A stretch of 64,000 nucleotides of DNA, taken from positions 26,970,001 to 27,034,000 of the forward strand of contig NC_043003.1 of assembly GCF_006345805.1 (NCBI RefSeq). Direction: 5' to 3'. The stretch comes from Octopus sinensis. Lineage: Eukaryota. This document shows, piece after piece, positions 38,430-51,552 of this stretch. Both the position numbers and the translations under genes were made by a program. Each line of letters begins with the position of its first letter. The first letter of the stretch is position 1. The notes under the pieces are model-generated. The model did no database searches. It saw nothing but the letters and a program-made list of their open reading frames with translations, and had not been told where the DNA came from.

Positions 38430-39830
38430 AACACAAGGAAGGCCTCGAATTTTGGTGAGGAAAAGTAGTTGATCACATCGACCCTAGCATTTAACTGGTA
38501 CTTATTTCATTTATACTCAAAGGATGAAAGACAAAGTTGACCTCAGCAAAATTTGAACCGAGAATGTAAAGACAGACAAAATGCCACTAAGCATTTTGTA
38601 GGGCATGGTAACAATTTTGCCAGCAATTTCAAAGGGGAGTGGAGTAAGTTAGTTATTTTAACCCCAATGCTTGACTGGTACTTTATCAATCTCCAGAAGG
38701 ATAAAAGGTAAACCCCAGAAGGATAAAAGGTAAAGTTGTCCCCAAGATGATTTTAACCCCAAATACAGAGCCAGAACAAATAATGAAAATAATGTTTTCT
38801 GACCGAGACACAGGGCCTGCAATGTTGAGTAAAAAATGGATCAAATCAACCCTGAAAGGATGAAAAACAGCACTGCTCTTGGCAAGATTTGAACACTTAA
38901 TGTAAAGAACCAGAACAAATATTAAATAACAATGATCCAATAACAACAAAAAACAAAAATAATGGTTTCAAAGAGGTTAAGTAATACCCACACACATCTT
39001 CAGTACATGACTGGTACTATATTTTATCAACCTTGAAGAGATGAAAGACAAAGCTGACCTCAGTGGGATTCAAAATCTTTTGTAAAGAGCCAGAACAAAT
39101 ACTAAATAATAATAATAATAATAATACTTTCTACTAAAGGCACAAGGCCTGAAATTTGGTGGGAGGGAACTAGTTGATTAAATCGATCTCAGAGTTTCAT
39201 TGGTACTTAATTTATCAACCCCAAAAGGGTGAGAGACAAAGTCGATCTCAGCAGAATTTGAACTCAACACATAGCAACAGGCGAAATACTGCTAAGCATT
39301 TCATCCAGTGTGCTAACGATTCTGCCAGATCACCACCTTGATGATAATAATAATAATAATAATAATAATAATATCCTTTCGACTAGAGGCATAAAGCTTA
39401 AATTTTTTTTTGGAGTGGAGTGTTAGTTGATTACGTTGACCTCAATACTCAACTGGTACTTATTTCACCAATCCTGAAATAATGAAAAGCCAAGTTAAGT
39501 GTAGCTGAATTTGAACTCAGATTGTAAAGGCAGACAAAATGCTGCTATGTATTTCGTCCAATGTGCTAATGACTGTGCCAGTCGGTTGCCTTTATAATAA
39601 TTCTAATATCAATTATCATTTCTCATATTGGAACAAGGCCAGCAATTTTGAAGGGAGAGCATTAGCTGATTACACTGACCCCATTGTTCAACTGGTAGTT
39701 AATTTTTCAACCCTGGAAAGGATGAAAAGCAAAGTCAACCTTAGTGGAATTTGAACTCAGAATGTAAAACCAGAAATTCCACAAAGCATTCTATCCAGCT
39801 TGCTAACAATTCTACCAGCTCACCACCTTA
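38430..39830 (-). mobile_element. Cluster of diverged SINE A-related copies separated by (AAT)n
   Basis: Repeated actggtactt..aaaggatgaaaggcaaagtc-like cores. Confidence 0.7.
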
Positions 39831-41497
39831 ATAATAATAAAAAAGTTAGATATATTTATCCAGGTAATATAAGTAAAGATAAAAACCATTAAAAAAAATG
39901 TATAAAGAAAATGAACTGGCATTTAATTTTTTTTATTTATTTCATTTTAACATCAAAGAGAAATACGGAGTTTTGTTAGATTAACACTAAGACTACTACT
40001 ACTACTACTAATGTCTGCTAATATAAGGACGACGACCACCACCACCGTTACTGCTGTGCAAGACATTTAAGATCAGTTGCTAGGAAATTAACTTGGTTAT
40101 TTACACAAATATAATAAAAAGTGTCGGTAGGTGGTGGCCACCCTGACAAACAGGAGTTTATAGGAAAAAAATCTTTTTTGAATAAAACAAAAACAAAAAA
40201 AAAAAAGATCAAGATTCCTTAACTTAAAGCTGATTTATTTTATTATTTTTATTATGATCATTATTATTATTATTGCTATCAAAGAGTTTTTGAAGCTTCT
40301 TTTCTTCCCCGCAATCTAAATACAAAACTTGGTGCATGCAGAAAAAGCATTTCAAAATGTCATCAGATTTCACAATAGAAAGCTAAGTTAGGAGCAAAAT
40401 GGGTGAGAGAGATGAAGGCGAAAACCTGGGGGGAGGGGTTAGAGTCAACACCTACGTCTCTCACCTATGAAACTACCATAATAGTACCCAGTATACAGTA
40501 TGCTACTCAAACAGGGTACTTTTCCCTTGGCCATGTTGCTTTATATTCGCAATCAGTGATTATTACATTCAGCCTATTTCTCTCTAAAGGTGCAAGTAAA
40601 GTATGGCTGTGTGGTTAAGAGAGTTCGCTCTGCAATCTCATGATGATTTTGGGTTCAGTTTTACTGCACAGTAACTGGGCTGGCCAACACTTTGTGAATG
40701 AATTTGGTAGAGGAAAACCATAGGAAACCCATTGCATATGTATGTATGCATGTATGTGTGTGTATGTGTGTATATGTGCACTTATTTGTGTGTGTGTATG
40801 TGCACGTGCGCCTGTGTGTGTGCGCGCACCTCTGTGAGTGTGCATGTGTATGCCTATGTGTGCGCATGTGCCTGTGTGTGTGTGTGTGTGTGTGTGTAAG
40901 TATTTGCCACTAAGTGTTGTGCCTGAGCACACGTTTTCCTATGCTTGTGCTTGCCTGAGTTTCTGTGTCTGCTTACGCAATGTATGGCCACCCTTCCAGC
41001 TGTCTCAGAGTCAGGACACAAACTTTTACAAAACACAAATTAATTTCTCAAGTGCCACAAAGATTACTAACAATTTGCAACCTGTCATTTGACTCCCACA
41101 TCAGACATTCAGTATATCAAACAAACTGACACCCACCCTCACCAACACACACACTTCATCAACATTTAACCCTTTAGCATATAAATCGGCCATATCTGGC
41201 CAAGATATTCTATTTGTTTTATTGCTCAAACAGGTCTGATTGAGCCTCTCACACCTACCCTACAACATCACCCTAAAAATAATGATCTCATCATCAGAAT
41301 CTCAAAGCTATGAGCTATAATGCATGATTAATTCAAAACAACCTGATTAAATAAGCATAATATTTCAGAGTAATTTGACTGCTAAAGGGTTAACATCCAC
41401 TTTTCCATGTTTGCATGGGTTAGATGGAGTTTACTGAAGCAGACTTTCTACAGCTAGATGCCCTCCTGTCATCCAGCCTCACCCATTTCCAAGCATG

Positions 41498-43053
41498 TAC
41501 ATATAATTCTAATTCTATAGTTCATCTTAATTATATATCGTTGTCTCATGTCTTGTGTTAAATATATATTTAATCTTAAAGCTTGCCCCTAATTTTATTT
41601 TATTTTATCGATCAGTCTCACGCCTCGTAGATATAGAATAAATGTATTTATAATTTATAGCTCCTTATCGTCCACGCTTCTCCCATAGGTTAGGCAAAAT
41701 TTAGGTATTTATTTATAGCTACTAATAACTATTTCTCTCCCAAGGAAGGAAGAAATGGCTGCCGGCCGATTCTTGGTGGGCCACGACCCCCCCGTTCCTC
41801 TTCAATTGTCTTATATCTCTTTCGATCGCCATTCGCCCCCCCCCTTTCTCCGCCACCCTATATGCATATAAACCAGCGACTGATTTCAACGGCCTCACTT
41901 GAATTCAGACTGGTATCCGACTCCCTACGAAAATACGAAATACGAAATATGAATCCAAGCTAAGCAATCTATATTTAATTTCAACCCGTGTACCTACTTA
42001 ACTATCTGCAACTGATCTGATCTTTTAGTTAGCCCTGTTTTATCTCTATTAGTATTATTGTTATGACTTGTGAAATTTAGCCTCACGCCTTGTGTCTTTT
42101 TTTTTATATGTACATATAATTCTAATTCTATAGTTCATCTTAATTATATATCGTTGTCTCATGTCTTGTGTTATAAAATATATTAATCTTAAAGCTTGCC
42201 CCTAATTTTATTTTATTTTATCGATCAGTCTCACGCCTCGTAGATATAGAATAAATGTATTTATAATTTATAGCTCCTTATCGTCCACGCTTCTCCCATA
42301 GGTTAGGCAAAATTTAGTTTATTTTATCGATCAGTCTCACGCCTCGTAGATATAGAATAATGTATTTATAATTTATAGCTCCTTATCGTCCACGCTTCTC
42401 CCATAGGTTAGGCAAAATTTAGGTATTTATTTATAGCTACTAATAACTATTTCTCTCCCAAGGAAGGAAGAAATGGCTGCCGGCCGATTCTTGGTGGGCC
42501 ACGACCCCCCCGTTCCTCTTCAATTGTCTTATATCTCTTTCGATCGCCATTCGCCCCCCCCCTTTCTCCGCCACCCTATATGCATATAAACCAGCGACTG
42601 ATTTCAACGGCCTCACTTGAATTCAGACTGGTATCCGACTCCCTACGAAAATACGAAATACGAAATATGAATCCAAGCTAAGCAATCTATATTTAATTTC
42701 AACCCGTGTACCTACTTAACTATCTGCAACTGATCTGATCTTTTAGTTAGCCCTGTTTTATCTCTATTAGTATTATTGTTATGACTTGTGAAATTTAGCC
42801 TCACGCCTTGTGTCTTTTTTTTTATATGTACATATAATTCTAATTCTATAGTTCATCTTAATTATATATCGTTGTCTCATGTCTTGTGTTAAATATATAT
42901 TTAATCTTAAAGCTTGCCCCTAATTTTATTTTATTTTATCGATCAGTCTCACGCCTCGTAGATATAGAATAAATGTATTTATAATTTATAGCTCCTTATC
43001 GTCCACGCTTCTCCCATAGGTTAGGCAAAATTTAGGTATTTATTTATAGCTAC
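41498..43053 (+). repeat. Tandem array of ~613-bp monomers (2.4 copies) fused to the RTE 5' end
   Basis: tacatataattctaattctatag starts units at 41498, 42111 and 42829. Unit 2 has an internal ~105-bp duplication. Confidence 0.93.
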
Positions 43054-43254
43054 TAGCCCGGTTTTCGCGGTGCACCCGCCCTCCCACCCCCACCACCGGT
43101 ACAGGAAGTCCTAAATTTTTCTCATCCTTGTCTCCCTTATACACTCAAAGTCTTACGCCACCCCCACCTCCTTCCATAAAAGGTAGTGTTCAGTCATTGC
43201 AAGATATGTTTAGTGTTGTATACGAGGTTTGAACTTAAGTTCCATTGTTTGTCT

Positions 43255-46200
43255 ATGAATACTGCCAAACGCGAGTTTTCTTTTCAGGTACATGACGCTA
43301 TTAGGACCAATACCACTTCCACCCCCACCCACAGCCTCAGGGTTGGCACCCTCAACGTCGGCACACTGAAAGGCAGATCTGGCGAGATAGTTGAATTGCT
43401 TGAACGGAGGTGGGTTGATATATGCTGCATTCAAGAAGTGAGGTGGAGAGGAGGTTCTGCTAGGTTCCTCACAGGCAAAGGACAGAGGTACAAGATTTTC
43501 TGGGCTGGGAATACTGACGGAGTCGGGGGTGTGGGCATGCTTATCGCCGAAAAATGGGTAGATAAGGTAATCGAGGTAGTCAGAGTAAGTGACAGAATAA
43601 TAAGATTAGATTAGTGCTCCACCATAGTTTAGCAACTATTATATCGGCCTATGCCCCTCAGCCAGGGCTACCTGATGGACAGAAAGACTGTTTCTATGAC
43701 ACCCTACTGCAGACCACATCATTGACGAACGACAGGGACCTTCTCTTGTGGCTGGTGACTTCAATGGGCATGTTGGACGACGTGCTGGGGGCTTCCATGG
43801 CGTGCATGGAGGCTACGGTTATGGTTCCCGCAACGAGGAGGGAACCAGGCTGCTGGAGTTCTGCGATGCGAATAGTCTTATGATTTGCAACACTAACTTC
43901 AGGAAACCGACAAGCCACCTGGTCACCTACCGATCGGGCCGGCATACTAGCCAAATCGACTACATCCTTGCCAGAAAAAGGGAAAGATGGCTGCTTATAA
44001 ATGCCAAAACCTTCCAAGTGAAGAATGCACCCCACAACATAGACTGGTAGTTAGTGACTTTAGGATCAGGACTAAGAGGGCGACTAGAAGACGACCAACA
44101 TGGAGAAGAAGGGTCTGGAAGCTTAAAGACCCTGCGAATGGACAGAGATTAGAGATATGTTATTTGAAGCTTTAGACGAAATGGAAGGGAGTATAGCTAC
44201 GCATGGGGTAGAAGACAACTGGACGCTTCTGAGGGACAACCTGCTGAAAGCCGCTGACCAGATCTGTGGCTGGTGCAAAGTCCCCTTAAGACCCAAAATA
44301 ACGTGGTGGTGGAACAATATTGTTGACAGGGCTATTAGACAAAAGAAACAGGCTTGGAAGGCCTGGAAGAACGGTGGTAGCAGGGAAGTGTATCAGTCTG
44401 CCAGAAGGGAAGCCAGGAGACAGGTCTATCTAGCCAGAGGGGAAGCAGAGAAGGAAAAATTTGCCAATGTCCTGCGTCGTGAGGATGAAAGACTTGAGGT
44501 ATTTCGTGTTGCAAGACAGTGTGTGAGAGAGAATCGTGACGTGGTAGGAGAGAAATGTGTTCGCAAGGAGGACGGTTCACTTGCACTTAATGAGGGTGCA
44601 AAGAGAGAGACTTGGAGACGCCACTATGATAGGTTGCTGAATGAAGAAAATGAATGGGATAAAGAGAGTCTGCCGAATGTCGACCCAACAGAGGGACCAG
44701 CAATCCGAGTTAACAGTTCCTTAGTAGATAAGGCAATTAGAAGCATGAAAACAGGGAAAGCCCCAGGCCCATCAGGAATTACTGCAGAGATGCTCAAAAT
44801 ATCTGGTGGTGTCGGCTATAGCTTAGTCACCCGTATAGTTAACCAGGTGATACACGAGGGGGTCATACCCAATGACTGGTGTAGCAGCATAATAGTCAAC
44901 TGCTACAAAGGTAAAGGCGACGCCCTAGAGACAAATAACTACAGGGGCATCAAGCTGCTGGATCAGGTAATGAAGGTTACGGAGAGGGTTGTAGCCGAAC
45001 TAATTAGAGAGAGAGTTACCTTAGATGATATGCAGTTTGGGTTCGTGCCAGGGAAAAGTACTACTGATGCTATATTCCTGGTAAGACAGCTGCAGGAGAA
45101 ATACCTAGCCAAAGATAAGCCCTTGTACCTGGCTTTTGTTGACTTGGAGAAAGCCTTTGACAGGGTCCCCCGGTCCCTTATCTGGTGGTCAATGAGGAAA
45201 CTAGGGATAGAAGAATGGTTGGTGAGAGCTGTGCAAGCCATGTACAGAGACGCTGCTAGTAAGGTGAGGGTGGGCAACGAGTACAGTGAAGAATTCCGGG
45301 TAGAGGTTGGGGTCCACCAAGGTTCAGTCCTCAGTCCCCTCCTATTTATCATAGTCCTCCAGGCAATAACGGAGGAATTCAAGACAGGTTGCCCCTGGGA
45401 GCTCCTCTATGCTGATGACCTTGCTCTAATTGCTGAGTCACTATCAGAACTGGAGGAGAAGTTCCAGGTGTGGAAACAAGGATTAGAATCGAAGGGCCTT
45501 AGAATCAACCTAGCCAAAACCAAAGTTCTAATAAGTAGGAAGGTAGATCAATCACAAACGCCTTCAGGTAGATGGCCCTGCTCGATCTGTAAAAAAGGTG
45601 TAGGTAGAAACTCTATAAGATGCACCAAGTGTAAGCTATGGACACATAAGAGGTGCAGCAATGTCAAAGGAAGGCTAACTAGGAAAATAGTTTTTGTCTG
45701 TGGCAAATGCTCAGGAGCAATAAACACTGGAAATATGCAGAGACCAACTTCTGCCACGTTCCAGGGAGACAAACTAGAAGTAGTTGATAGCTTCCGCTAC
45801 CTAGGAGACCAAGTCAGTAGCGGGGGTGGGTGTGCTGAAAGTGTAACTGCTAGAGTAAGAATAGCCTGGGCAAAGTTTAGAGAGCTCTTACCCCTGCTGG
45901 TGACAAAAGGCCTCTCGCTCAGAGTAAAAGGCAGACTGTATGATGCATGTGTACGTACAGCCATGCTACATGGTAGTGAAACATGGGCCGTGACTGCTGA
46001 GGATATGCGTAAGCTCGCAAGAAATGAAGCCAGTATGCTCCGATGGATGTGTAATGTCAGTGTTCATAATCGTCAGAGTGTAAGTTCCTTGAGAGAAAAG
46101 CTGAACCTAAGAAGCGTCAGTTGTGGCGTGCAAGAGAGACGGCTGCGCTGGTATGGTCATGTGACAAGAAAGGCTGAAGATAGTTGTGTGCAAAAGTGCT

Positions 46201-46360
46201 ACACCCTAGCAGTGGAGGGAACCTGTGGAAGAGGTAGACCAGGAAAACCTGGGACGAGGTGGTGAAGCACGACCTTCGAACTTTAGGTCTCACTAAGGAA
46301 ATGTCTAGAGACCGAGACCTATGGAAGTATGCTGTGCATGAGAAGACCCGGCAAGACTAG
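43255..46360 (+). pseudogene. RTE EN-RT polyprotein, ~1036 aa after repairing five 1-bp frameshifts
   Basis: ATG at 43255, TAG at 46358-46360, no in-frame stops apart from the frameshifts. 3106 + 5 = 3111 nt, a multiple of three. Confidence 0.85.
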
Positions 46361-46424
46361 TCAGGCCATAACCCGTGGCCCCGACCTGGGACGTAGTCAG
46401 TCCTGTGCATACCTTCCTTCTTGT

Positions 46425-47880
46425 GACACTTATGAAGACCTGTTGAGGCAAGTGAAAATCAAATCAAATCAAAACAAGTCAAAATAGATGAACATCAGTG
46501 GAATTGTATTCTTTGTGGTACCAGTGCCGGTGGCACACAAGAAAACCACCCAAACGTGGCCGTAACCAGTACCGCATCGACTGGCCTCCGTGCTGTGGGC
46601 ACAACAAACACCATCCGATCGTGGCCGTTCGCCAGCCTCATCTGGCACCTGTGCCGGTGGCACATAAAGACACCATCCGAAGACCCGGCGACGTAGTCAG
46701 TCCACCTGTGCATACCTTCCCTCTTATGACACTTGTGAAGACCTGTTGAGGCAAGTGTGTGACACTTGTGAAGACCTGTTGAGGCAAGTGAAAATCAAAC
46801 CAAATCAAAATAGATGAATATCAATGGAATTTGTATCTTTGTGGTTCCAGTACCGGTGGCACACAAGAAAACCATCCGAAGTGGCCGTAGCTGGTACCGC
46901 ATCGACTGGCCTCCGTGCTGTGGGCACAACAAACACCATCTGATCGTGGCCGTTCGCCAGCCTCACCTGGCACCTGTGTCGGTGGCACATAAAAACACCA
47001 TCCAAAGACCCGGCGACGTAGTCAGTCCACCTGTGCATACCTTCCCTCTTATGACACTTGTGAAGACCTGTTGAGGCAGAGGCAAGTGTGTGACACTTGT
47101 GAAGACCTGTTGAGGCAGAGGCAAGTGTGTGACACTTGTGGAGACCTGTTGAGGCAAGTGTGTGACACGCGTGACACTTGTGAAGACCTGTTGAGGCAAG
47201 TGAAAATCAAACCAAATCAAAATAGATGAACATCAATGGAATTTGTATCTTTGTGGTTCCAGTACCGGTGGCACACAAGAAAACCATCCGATCGTGGCCG
47301 TTCGCCAGCCACATCTGGCACCTGTGTCGGTGGCACATAAAGACACCATCCGAAGACCCGGCGACGTAGACAGTCCACCTGTGCATACCTTCCTTCTTGT
47401 GACACTTGTGAAGACCTGTTGAGGCAAGTGACACTTGTGAAGACCTGTTGAGGCAAGTGAAAATCAAATCAAATCAAAACGAATCAAAAAATAGATGAGC
47501 ATAAATGGAATTTGTATCTTGTGGTACCAGTGCCGGTGGCACACAAGAAAATCATCCGAACGTGGCCGTAGCCAGTACCGCATAGACTGGCCTCCGTGCT
47601 TTGGGGACGTAACAAACACCATCCGATCGTGGCCGTCCGCCAGCCTCATCTGGCACCTGTGTCGGTGGCACATAAAAACACCATCCGAGCGTGGCCGTCT
47701 GCCAGCCTCGTCTGGCACCTGCCAGCCTCATCTGGCACCTGTGTCGGTGGCACATAAAAACACCATCCGAGCGTGGCCGTCTGCCAGCCTCGTCTGGCAC
47801 CTGTGTCGGTGGCACATAAAAACACCATCCGAGCGTGGCCGTTCGCCAGCCTCGTCTGGCACCTGTGTCGGTGGCACATA
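46425..47880 (+). repeat. Hierarchical tandem repeats in the RTE 3' UTR
   Basis: Four ~260-410-bp modules, nested ~30-bp gacacttgtgaagacctgttgaggcaagt repeats, then ~60-bp repeats. Confidence 0.9.
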
Positions 47881-48400
47881 AAATCACCCACTACACTCTC
47901 GGAGTGGTTGGCGTTAGGAAGGGCATCCAGCTGTAGAAACACTGCCAGATCTGACTGGCCTGGTGCAGCCTTCGGGCTCCCCAGACCCCAGTTGAACCGT
48001 CCAACCCATGCTAGCATGGAAAACGGACGCTAAATGATGATGATGATGATGATGATGATAATATTTTCCCATGGCCAGACAGATTCTTCTTCTAAACAAC
48101 CCAAACTTGTTTCCAAGTAAGGTAATAATCTTGACAAACAGCCCAAAATGGCCCTCATGGTGGACTGCAAGCAAAAGACACATTAACATTGTTTGTACTT
48201 TTAAAAATTCAGCCCCAAATTAAGTTTTATTTTTTTTTGTTTCATAGATAGTCAATTGAATTTATTATTACAGAAATTTCATACAAAATATTCAAATATG
48301 CTGACCAGTCTACAATACATATATGAGACACACCCATACCCAGACATATACACATATAAATATATAACATATACAAGTATATAAAAATGTATATACTAAC

Positions 48401-48476
48401 CAAGTTCATAAAGTTTGTTATTGCGTGAAATCAATGTAATAAAGTGACGGACCACTGCTTGGTCACGTGGAGGGGC
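48401..48476 (-). CDS. UCHL3: UCH-L3-like exon with catalytic His (APPRDQAVVRHFITLISRNNKLYEL-D)
   Basis: 76-nt exon with ttcttcag acceptor and gttagt donor, phase 0 to 1. Contains the HF and LYEL(D) motifs of peptidase family C12. Confidence 0.93.
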
Positions 48477-48519
48477 CTGAAGAATGGAAGAAAATATTTT
48501 AAAATATATACATATTTAC

Positions 48520-49007
48520 TGAGGCAAGTGAAAATGAAAAAATCAAAATCAAAATCGATCAACATCAATGGAAATTGTAGCTGTGATACCAGTGCCGATG
48601 GCACGTAAGAGAACCATCCGAACGTGGCCGTTGCCAGCGCCGCCCCGACTGGCCTCCGGGCTGGTGGCATGTAAAATGCACCATCCGATTGTGGCCAGTG
48701 GCACGTAAAATGCACCATCCGATTGTGGCCGTTGCCAGCCTCATCTGGCCCCCGTGCCGGTGGCACGTAAAAAGCACCATCTGATCGTGGCTGTTTGCCA
48801 ACCTCGTCTGGCACCTGTGCAGGTGGCACATAAAAAGCACCCACTACACTCACGGAGTGGTTGGCGTTAGGAAGGGCATCCAGCCATAGAAACACTGCCA
48901 GATTAGACTGGGCCTGGCGCAGCCTTCAGGCTTCCCAGACCCCAGTTGAACTGTCCAACCCATGCTAGAATGGAAAACGGATGTTAAACAATGATGATGA
49001 TGATGAT
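48520..49007 (+). mobile_element. RTE 3'-end fragment
   Basis: Same terminal sequence as 47880-48059, ending in (atg)n. Confidence 0.82.
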
Positions 49008-50984
49008 TTATATAGCAGAAAAACTGATAAACACAAGGTAACTTAATGCATACATTTACATGGCTTACAAAATACAGAGAAAGGAAAACAGAAATATATC
49101 AAACAAAAGGAATTATGTAATGGTCTTATCTTGACAGCTCTTTCAGGAGCACCAAGGTTTATGCCATAGTCACATTCAGAAAGACTCATGGTATCAAAGA
49201 TGTAGCTAATTTTTGATGCCAGAGGCCTTCAACGAAGGAATTGGAATTTAAGTTCTCAATTGTCTGAACACTACTCTGTGGCCATATCTACCACACTTCT
49301 ATCAAGTTCTATCACTTCTATCACTTACAAACACCAACCCACCTGAGATTGCCTGGTAGACTCAAGTATACGTAGATTAACCTTTTGTAACCATATTTCT
49401 GCTGAAATACACAGTCTTTGTTTCAAATAATTTTGAAAATAGTGAAGAATTTATCAAAATAAATTTGTCAAACTGGTGTTTGGAACACAAATTCACTTAA
49501 GATTTTGATAGGTTTAAATTTCAATCAATTAAAAACAAAAACTTTGTATTACAGAACCAAGAGTTCCCCAGGCAGGTCAGTATCACTAGGATTAAATTGA
49601 AACCTTCGTAATAATCTTGTTACAAGATAAATTATATTGTGAGGTTTCCAATGTATCGGCACCAACAGATACATAAAACTACAAATATTTTATTAAAGGT
49701 TCCCCAAAATCTTGATAAGTAGTCGACATATAGGAAATAGCATCAGGAAAGGACTAAAACATAAAACCGTTTCCAATGTTCATAGCTTATGGTGTAAGAG
49801 TACATATCTCAGCACCAGTGGGTATTGGGCTTGGCATCAAACCTCAGATCAAGGAACTGACTGAGTTCTTCAGCTAGGTCTTCATTTCATGTTGCTACAG
49901 CATGGCAACAGTTAAGGGGTTACCCCTGCATTGAACAGGCAACAATGCTGTTTCAGATGATTAAAACTACAGAAATTGGTTTAACCTCTGGCTTAAATAG
50001 GCTTCGTGTCTCAAGACAAATTAACTTAATCCTTTGCCTAGCCAAAGCATTTTCATAAGTTTGTCCTACATGTCCCATGCTTGTTTTCAGATTTTTAGTT
50101 AGCCCTTCATTCATATATTTTGAGGAAATTAAAGATTTCCTTTCAAAAGTCACCAGTTACATTGGTGGGTGAAAAACATTGGGGATGTGTATCATATATG
50201 ATACATGAATAGCATGGAAATATGACCTGTGCTTCATGTGATACACAGGACAAACAAAGAGCTGATGAGACAGCCTTAGAGCAAAAAACTTCACTCTTTT
50301 TCACACACACACATTTCATTATGATTATCTCTTCTGGATACCCAACAGACAAATTATATAATTCAGTTACTTGGATAACAATCACAGTAAATGACCAAAG
50401 AATTTCCTCAGCTTCTAAGTGAAGAATTTTCTTTGTGTGTTTTAATTGGTAAAAGAACAGCAGCACTTACACCCTTTCCTGGTCTTTGAGACATGAGAGA
50501 GAAAAAATAACTTGTGGGTTATTGCTACAATAGGGGGCAGTTTATCAGCATATTGAATAATCTATCCCTCAAACTTGGATCAAATCCTTGCAAGAGACTG
50601 AACCCCACTACCTACCACAAGAGGTCAAGTGGTGGTGCTAAACCACATAACACTTTACACTACAACTCATGAACCAGCATAATCCAGACAAGCTTTTTAC
50701 ATGAAACAAAACACTTGTTCTCTCTCTGACCCAATTACCCAGCATTGTTCAAGGCTGTCATCAATTTCACCGGATCATTTTCAAGAGGACATTTTTTTCA
50801 GAGCACTTCTGAGTACTTACCATTCTTGTAACCAGAGACACACCTCTTTGAGATAGGGACATGTCATGTAAATACAGAAAGCTTACCTAGGTCATTTAGT
50901 GACATACCAACACAACCACTCTTACTGAATCAACTCAGAAGCACAAGAATTCAAAACACTCTCATTCATTATGCACATACACAT

Positions 50985-51345
50985 CATCGTTTAACGTTTG
51001 CTTTCCATGCTAGCATGGGTTGGATGATTTGACTGAGGATTGGCGAACCAGATGGCTGCATCAGATTCCAATCTGATCTGGCAGAGTTTCTACAGCTGGA
51101 TGCCCTTCCTACTGCCAACCACTCAGAGAGTGTAGTGGGTGCTTTTATGTACCACCAGCACAAGGGCCAGTCAGGCAGTACTGGCAATGGCCATGCTCAA
51201 ATGGTGTTTTTTATGTACCACCTGCACAGGAGCCAGTCCAGCGGCATTGGCAACGATCTTGCTCGAATGCTTCTTCACGTGCCACCAGCACAAGTGCCAG
51301 TGAGGCGACGCTGGTAATGATCATGCTCGAATGGAGCTTTTTACA
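50985..51345 (-). mobile_element. RTE 3'-end fragment; similar copy at 58340-58650
   Basis: catcatcgtttaacg..ttccatgctagcatgggttgg...ctacagctggatgcccttcc. Confidence 0.78.
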
Positions 51346-51504
51346 TGCCACATATGTGTATATATATTTTTTACTTTTTTTATTTCATCTAGTTTCAGCT
51401 CACAAGCTGTAGCCAAGCTGGGGCACCGCCATGCGCATAAACACTCAATTAGTTTTAGTGCTTACAACATTCAGCTATAAAAAAGTCTTCAAATTATTAC
51501 ATAC

Positions 51505-51552
51505 CTGAGTTTGCCCTTCCTGAGCACAATCTTCATGGACTACGCCCATTTC
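51505..51552 (-). CDS. UCHL3: UCH-L3-like exon (EMGVVHEDCAQEGQTQ)
   Basis: 48-nt exon with ctag acceptor and gtatg donor, phase 0-0. Matches the UCH H-x-x-x-A-x-EGQT crossover-loop segment. Missed by the ORF track. Confidence 0.93.

Larger units (their letters stand above)
41498..48059 (+). mobile_element. RTE-clade LINE, apparently full length, antisense within a UCHL3 intron
   Basis: APE endonuclease (GTLNVGTL, IQE, SAYAP, AGDFNGH, IDYIL) and RT (FVDLEKAFD, HQGSVLSP, YADD); repetitive 3' UTR; tail ggacgctaaa(tga)n. The boundary at 41498 assumes the monomer array is part of the insert. Confidence 0.85.

Noticed and set aside
46425-47460. CRISPR-like array of ~30-bp repeats
   Set aside because: Eukaryotic context, no cas genes, and the intervening sequences are themselves repeats inside a LINE 3' UTR.
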